DNA of 64,000 nt from a virus. Below are positions 60,211 to 64,000 of this stretch, in pieces. The translations under genes and the position numbers were made by a program. The stretch is taken from IMG/VR virus record IMGVR_UViG_3300032050_009888, positions 12,428 to 76,427 of that record; one strand, written 5' to 3'. Numbering within the stretch: the stretch's first letter is position 1; every line of letters starts with the position of its first letter. The notes below the pieces were generated by a model. That model made no database searches. It was not told the DNA's origin and worked only from the letters and a program-made list of their open reading frames with translations.

Positions 60211-60223
60211 AACCTATATAAAA

Positions 60224-60793
60224 ATGAAAACAAAACTTTCAATCTTTCTCGGTGCCTTAGCCATCGTAGGTATTACAAGCTTTACTGCTTGCGAGAAATC
60301 AAATGTAACTCCTGATCAAGCAACATCAGGCGTACTTGACAAAAGAGGTGGTGGAGGAAATCCAAACAATCCAAACACACCAGGGTATAATCCATGTGCC
60401 AATTACCCAGTGTATCCAATTGTAAATCTTCCAACGTATGATTTCAATATTACTATGGACACTACTGCGTGTGGTACTATTGTATTCCGTTGGAATCCTC
60501 AACCTGGATTTAATCCAGTAATTGATTCTTGCTACACTATTGCAAGGTATTATTACATTTCATTTGCGCCTGTAGGACATACCAACGGATGTACAGGAGG
60601 CGGTTCCTTAAGCGGAACAAATGCTTACTATTATACCATGGGTTCAGGATGTTCAGTATGGCCAGGATATGATTATGTAATGGGTATTACTTATTACGAG
60701 CGTAATTCTGTTGATCAGAAAGTGTATGTAAGAGCTTCATTACCTTTCTACTTCACAGCACCAAAAAGAGCAGTATTTTTAAATAACTGTTAA
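60224..60793 (+). CDS. Cys-containing surface lipoprotein
   Basis: SFTA|CEKS lipobox, GGGGNPNNPN linker and a beta-rich domain. Confidence 0.7.
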   Translation: MKTKLSIFLGALAIVGITSFTACEKSNVTPDQATSGVLDKRGGGGNPNNPNTPGYNPCANYPVYPIVNLPTYDFNITMDTTACGTIVFRWNPQPGFNPVIDSCYTIARYYYISFAPVGHTNGCTGGGSLSGTNAYYYTMGSGCSVWPGYDYVMGITYYERNSVDQKVYVRASLPFYFTAPKRAVFLNNC

Positions 60794-60811
60794 TACTAAA
60801 AATTATTTTTT

Positions 60812-60847
60812 AAAGGGCTTGGTTTTCCAAGCCCTTTTTTTTATATT
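60812..60847 (+). terminator. Intrinsic terminator overlapping the next promoter
   Basis: AAAGGGCTTGG/CCAAGCCCTTT stem with a T-run; contains CTTGGT-N18-TATATT. Confidence 0.8.
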
Positions 60848-60864
60848 ATAATAAAATAAAGTTT

Positions 60865-61341
60865 ATGGAAAAAGAAAATTATGTACCATTTATATCCGAG
60901 GTAGAAGAATTTAATGCTACTATGAATAAACCTAATAATTATACTCCTGTTATACCAGATAAAAAAGAATGGGAGTTTGTTTATAATTTTATTTTAGAAG
61001 AACTAGAAGAGTATAAACATGCTTGTGAGACAGGAAATATTGTAGAAGTGTTAGATGCACTTTGTGATATTACTTATGTTTCATTAGGTAATGGAGCTAT
61101 GTTACATGGTTTAAAAGATAAAATAATGCCTGCTTATCAAGAAGTTCAAGCTTCAAATATGAGTAAAGCTTGTAAAACAGAAGATGAAGCTAAACAAACT
61201 GTAGAAAAACGTAGTGTTGAACAAGGTGAACCTTGTCATTATGAAAAAGTAGGTGATTATTGGATTGTCTATAGAACAAGAGATAGGAAAGTAATGAAAA
61301 ATATAAATTACTTTAAACCAGACCTCAAGAAATTCTTTTAA
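60865..61341 (+). CDS. MazG-like/PRA-PH nucleotide pyrophosphohydrolase
   Basis: EELEEY...EVLDALCDITYV...SNMSK. Confidence 0.85.
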   Translation: MEKENYVPFISEVEEFNATMNKPNNYTPVIPDKKEWEFVYNFILEELEEYKHACETGNIVEVLDALCDITYVSLGNGAMLHGLKDKIMPAYQEVQASNMSKACKTEDEAKQTVEKRSVEQGEPCHYEKVGDYWIVYRTRDRKVMKNINYFKPDLKKFF

Positions 61342-61358
61342 TATATTAAATAAAGGTT

Positions 61359-61598
61359 ATGGCTAAAACTAGAATTCACGTTAATCAACATCACATTCGT
61401 TCCAATAAAACAAAAGGTACTGAATTACCTGTTATAACAGTTAAACAAGGTAAGAAAAATACTTATTGCAATGAGGTTGAGATACTAGGTCCAAGTAAAA
61501 TAATTTATGGAGGACCAGGATGTGAAACAAAACCAATATTAAGTTGTGGAGCAAGAGTAGTTATTGAAACTGAAAGTGAAGTAAGAATTATTAAATAG
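61359..61598 (+). CDS. Small phage hypothetical protein
   Basis: IHVNQH.I..N...PVITVK...LSCGARV.IET. Confidence 0.65.
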   Translation: MAKTRIHVNQHHIRSNKTKGTELPVITVKQGKKNTYCNEVEILGPSKIIYGGPGCETKPILSCGARVVIETESEVRIIK

Positions 61599-61601
61599 GT
61601 T

Positions 61602-64000
61602 ATGTATCAAAGTATTTACTACGATTTTAAAACTTACACTTATTATCTTCGTGATGATGAAACAGGTTGGAGTCAATTCCAATACCAGCCTACTTATTGG
61701 AAACGAGTTGATGAATGGAGAGAAAATGCCCAACCAGTTTTAACTGGTGGTTGGGCTGTACCAACTAAAAAATATAACAAAGAAGACACTAACTTACTAG
61801 AAAAAGACATTGATAAATGTCTTGTTGTGTTACGAGAACTTTATTATAAACAAGATGATGTTGTTCCATCTTGGCACAATATAGTTTATCTTGATATTGA
61901 GATTGAAATGGGTGGAGCATTAACACCTGAATATATCAAATCTGCTCCTATGCCTATTACTTCTATTGCTTTAATAGATGTAACAACAAAAACTAAAATA
62001 TGTTTAATTGTTGATAAAACAGGTGAAATTAAAGAAACAAATCAAGATAGTAAATTAATTATACCTTGTGGTTCTGAAAAAGAATTAATCAAACGTTTCC
62101 TAGACAAATTAGAAGAACTAGATCCAACTATTATCTGTGGTTATAACTCAGAATATTTTGATATACCTTATTTATATTTTAGAATACAACACCAATTAGG
62201 AGATGAAGTATTACGTTTATCACCTATAAGAAAAGTAGACTATAGAGATTTTAATGGTGAACATCAAATTACTATTGGGGGAGTTAATCATCTAGACTAT
62301 ATGTTACTTCATAAAAAGTATATTATGAAGGAAGAACCATCATATAAATTAGGAGACATTGGTTTAAGATATGTTAATTTAGGTAAGGTAGAATATGAAG
62401 GTAATTTAAATACATTATTTAAAAACGATATAAATACCTTTATTGACTATAACTTACGAGATGTTGAAATCATTGAAGCATTAGAAGCTAAACTCAAATT
62501 CATTGATTTAACAATTATGATTTCTCATATTTGTAATATTCCATATGAAAGTGTTTATTGGAATACAGTTATGAATGAGGGTGCTATTTTAAAGCATTTA
62601 CGTCGTGAAGGTATTATTTCACCTAATAAACCAACTACTCATAATTCATCATTAAAAGCAGCTAATGAAACATATGCTGGTGGTTATTTATTAGAACCTA
62701 TTCCTGGTTTATATTTTGATGTAATTGATTTGGATTTTACCTCACTATATCCTAGTATTATTAAATCATTAAACTTAGGAATTGAAACATTAATAGGTAG
62801 AATTAAAGTACCTTATAATGCCACTTATGAACAAAACCAATCACTAGAAAAACTTAAACAAAGAGATCCTGAGGAAACAGTTGTTGTTGAAAGATTAAAT
62901 AAAACAAATTACACTCTTAAATCAGCTCAAATTAAAATTAAAACATTAATTGAGTTAATTGAAAAGAATGATTACACAATAGCTGCTTCTGGGGCTATAT
63001 TTGATACAAGTGAACAAAGTATATGTTCTAAGATTTTACAAGGTTGGTTTGACAAACGAGAACATTATCGAGCACTAAAGAAAAAAGCAGGTAAAGCAGA
63101 AGATTGGGCTAATTATAAATTGTATGATTTGTTCCAACACGCATTTAAGATCTTACAGAACGCTATGTATGGTACTTATGCTAAAAATGGTTGGAGGTAT
63201 ACTGATGGTCATTTGATTTGTAGTGCCGCTATTACAAACTCAGGACAACGCCTTGATCAGGAAAGTATAGATTTTGTAAACCAAAAACTAAATACTGAAC
63301 TTGATACTGATAAAAACTATATAAAGCTAGCAGATACAGATTCAATGTACATAGAATTAAAAGATGTAATTGATACTAAATATGGTTTAGATTTATCTAA
63401 AGAGGAACGTAATCAAAAGATTCTAGAATTAGCTCAAGAAATACAAGACGCGGCTAACTCTAATTTAGATAACATCAGCAAAAACTTATTTAACATTAAA
63501 CCTGGCACCCATTACTTCCAATTAAAACAAGAAGTAATATGTACTGGATTGCTGACTACAGGTAAACGCCGTTACGCAATGTATGTTACTAATAAAGAAG
63601 GTGTACCTGTTGAAGAATTAGACATGAAAGGACTTGAGTTGATGAAGTCCAATATGAATAAGTTATTTAAAAAGTTTGGTGAAAACCTAATTAAGGATAT
63701 TTTGTTTGGTAAGTCTAAAGAGGAAATAGATAACAACATAGTTGATTTCTATAAATCATTAAAAGCACTAGACCCAAGAGATTTAGGTAAACCTACAGGA
63801 GTAAAACAAATATCCTCATATCATATACCAGCTAGAGCAGGTGAGATGTTTAGTTCATTTAGATTGAAAGCACCATCTAATACAAAAGCTGCTGTTCGTT
63901 ACAATGACTTACTTAAGTTTAAAAAACTGGATAAAAAATATGAATCTATTATTGAGGGTGATAAATTATTTATAGTTAACTTAAAACAAAATCCATACAA
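61602..64000 (+). CDS. gp43: Family B DNA polymerase (gp43-like), 3'-truncated by the window edge; absent from the ORF track
   Basis: Manual translation from ATG 61602: ExoI DIEIE, ExoII YNSEYFDIPY, ExoIII YNLRDV, motif A DFTSLYPS, motif B KILQNAMYG, motif C ADTDS, and KRRY. Confidence 0.95.
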   Translation, partial: MYQSIYYDFKTYTYYLRDDETGWSQFQYQPTYWKRVDEWRENAQPVLTGGWAVPTKKYNKEDTNLLEKDIDKCLVVLRELYYKQDDVVPSWHNIVYLDIEIEMGGALTPEYIKSAPMPITSIALIDVTTKTKICLIVDKTGEIKETNQDSKLIIPCGSEKELIKRFLDKLEELDPTIICGYNSEYFDIPYLYFRIQHQLGDEVLRLSPIRKVDYRDFNGEHQITIGGVNHLDYMLLHKKYIMKEEPSYKLGDIGLRYVNLGKVEYEGNLNTLFKNDINTFIDYNLRDVEIIEALEAKLKFIDLTIMISHICNIPYESVYWNTVMNEGAILKHLRREGIISPNKPTTHNSSLKAANETYAGGYLLEPIPGLYFDVIDLDFTSLYPSIIKSLNLGIETLIGRIKVPYNATYEQNQSLEKLKQRDPEETVVVERLNKTNYTLKSAQIKIKTLIELIEKNDYTIAASGAIFDTSEQSICSKILQGWFDKREHYRALKKKAGKAEDWANYKLYDLFQHAFKILQNAMYGTYAKNGWRYTDGHLICSAAITNSGQRLDQESIDFVNQKLNTELDTDKNYIKLADTDSMYIELKDVIDTKYGLDLSKEERNQKILELAQEIQDAANSNLDNISKNLFNIKPGTHYFQLKQEVICTGLLTTGKRRYAMYVTNKEGVPVEELDMKGLELMKSNMNKLFKKFGENLIKDILFGKSKEEIDNNIVDFYKSLKALDPRDLGKPTGVKQISSYHIPARAGEMFSSFRLKAPSNTKAAVRYNDLLKFKKLDKKYESIIEGDKLFIVNLKQNPY

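Noticed and set aside
1612-61733. All minus-strand ORFs in the track (e.g. 5633-5833, 21595-22134, 32028-32795, 57196-57519)
   Set aside because: They are antisense shadows of strong + strand genes with biased codons, with no motifs or promoter context.
1-64000. CRISPR array, tRNA or rRNA genes
   Set aside because: No regularly spaced repeat-spacer units or cloverleaf structures were found in the short intergenic spaces.
1-64000. Stop-codon reassignment
   Set aside because: Core genes are intact under the standard code, and TAA, TAG and TGA all occur as plausible gene ends.

Overview
This is a 64-kb fragment of a very AT-rich (roughly 30% GC by eye) T4-like myovirus genome, with all credible genes on the + strand. 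The order is: head module (portal, which starts before the window; putative internal head proteins; prohead protease; scaffold; gp23-like capsid), phoH, a ~14-kb array of tail fibre/spike genes, neck/sheath/tube/tape measure/baseplate, replication and nucleotide genes (mini PolA, SSB, RecA, 5'-3' exonuclease, DnaB, nrdBA), a 7-deazaguanine DNA-modification cluster (dpdA-like, queC, queD, queE, folE), a GIY-YIG endonuclease plus thyA, a lysis/lipoprotein region, and a PolB that runs off the end. A Bacteroidota host is inferred from TTTG-N20-TATATT promoters, the near absence of Shine-Dalgarno sites, Gln-starting signal-peptide proteins and a T9SS-type C-terminal domain. The most notable candidates are: (1) a +1 (not the usual -1) slippery junction joining the gp26-like and gp51-like genes between tube and tape measure; (2) a head 'cargo' arrangement in which modules and an amphipathic peptide are flanked by L/I-x-E protease sites; (3) a phage-borne T9SS cargo plus outer-membrane beta-barrel pair; (4) three compact structured RNA candidates; (5) a late promoter motif that is the reverse complement of the T4 one; and (6) a relic second thyA end. 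All product calls come from motif recognition by eye; no searches were run.
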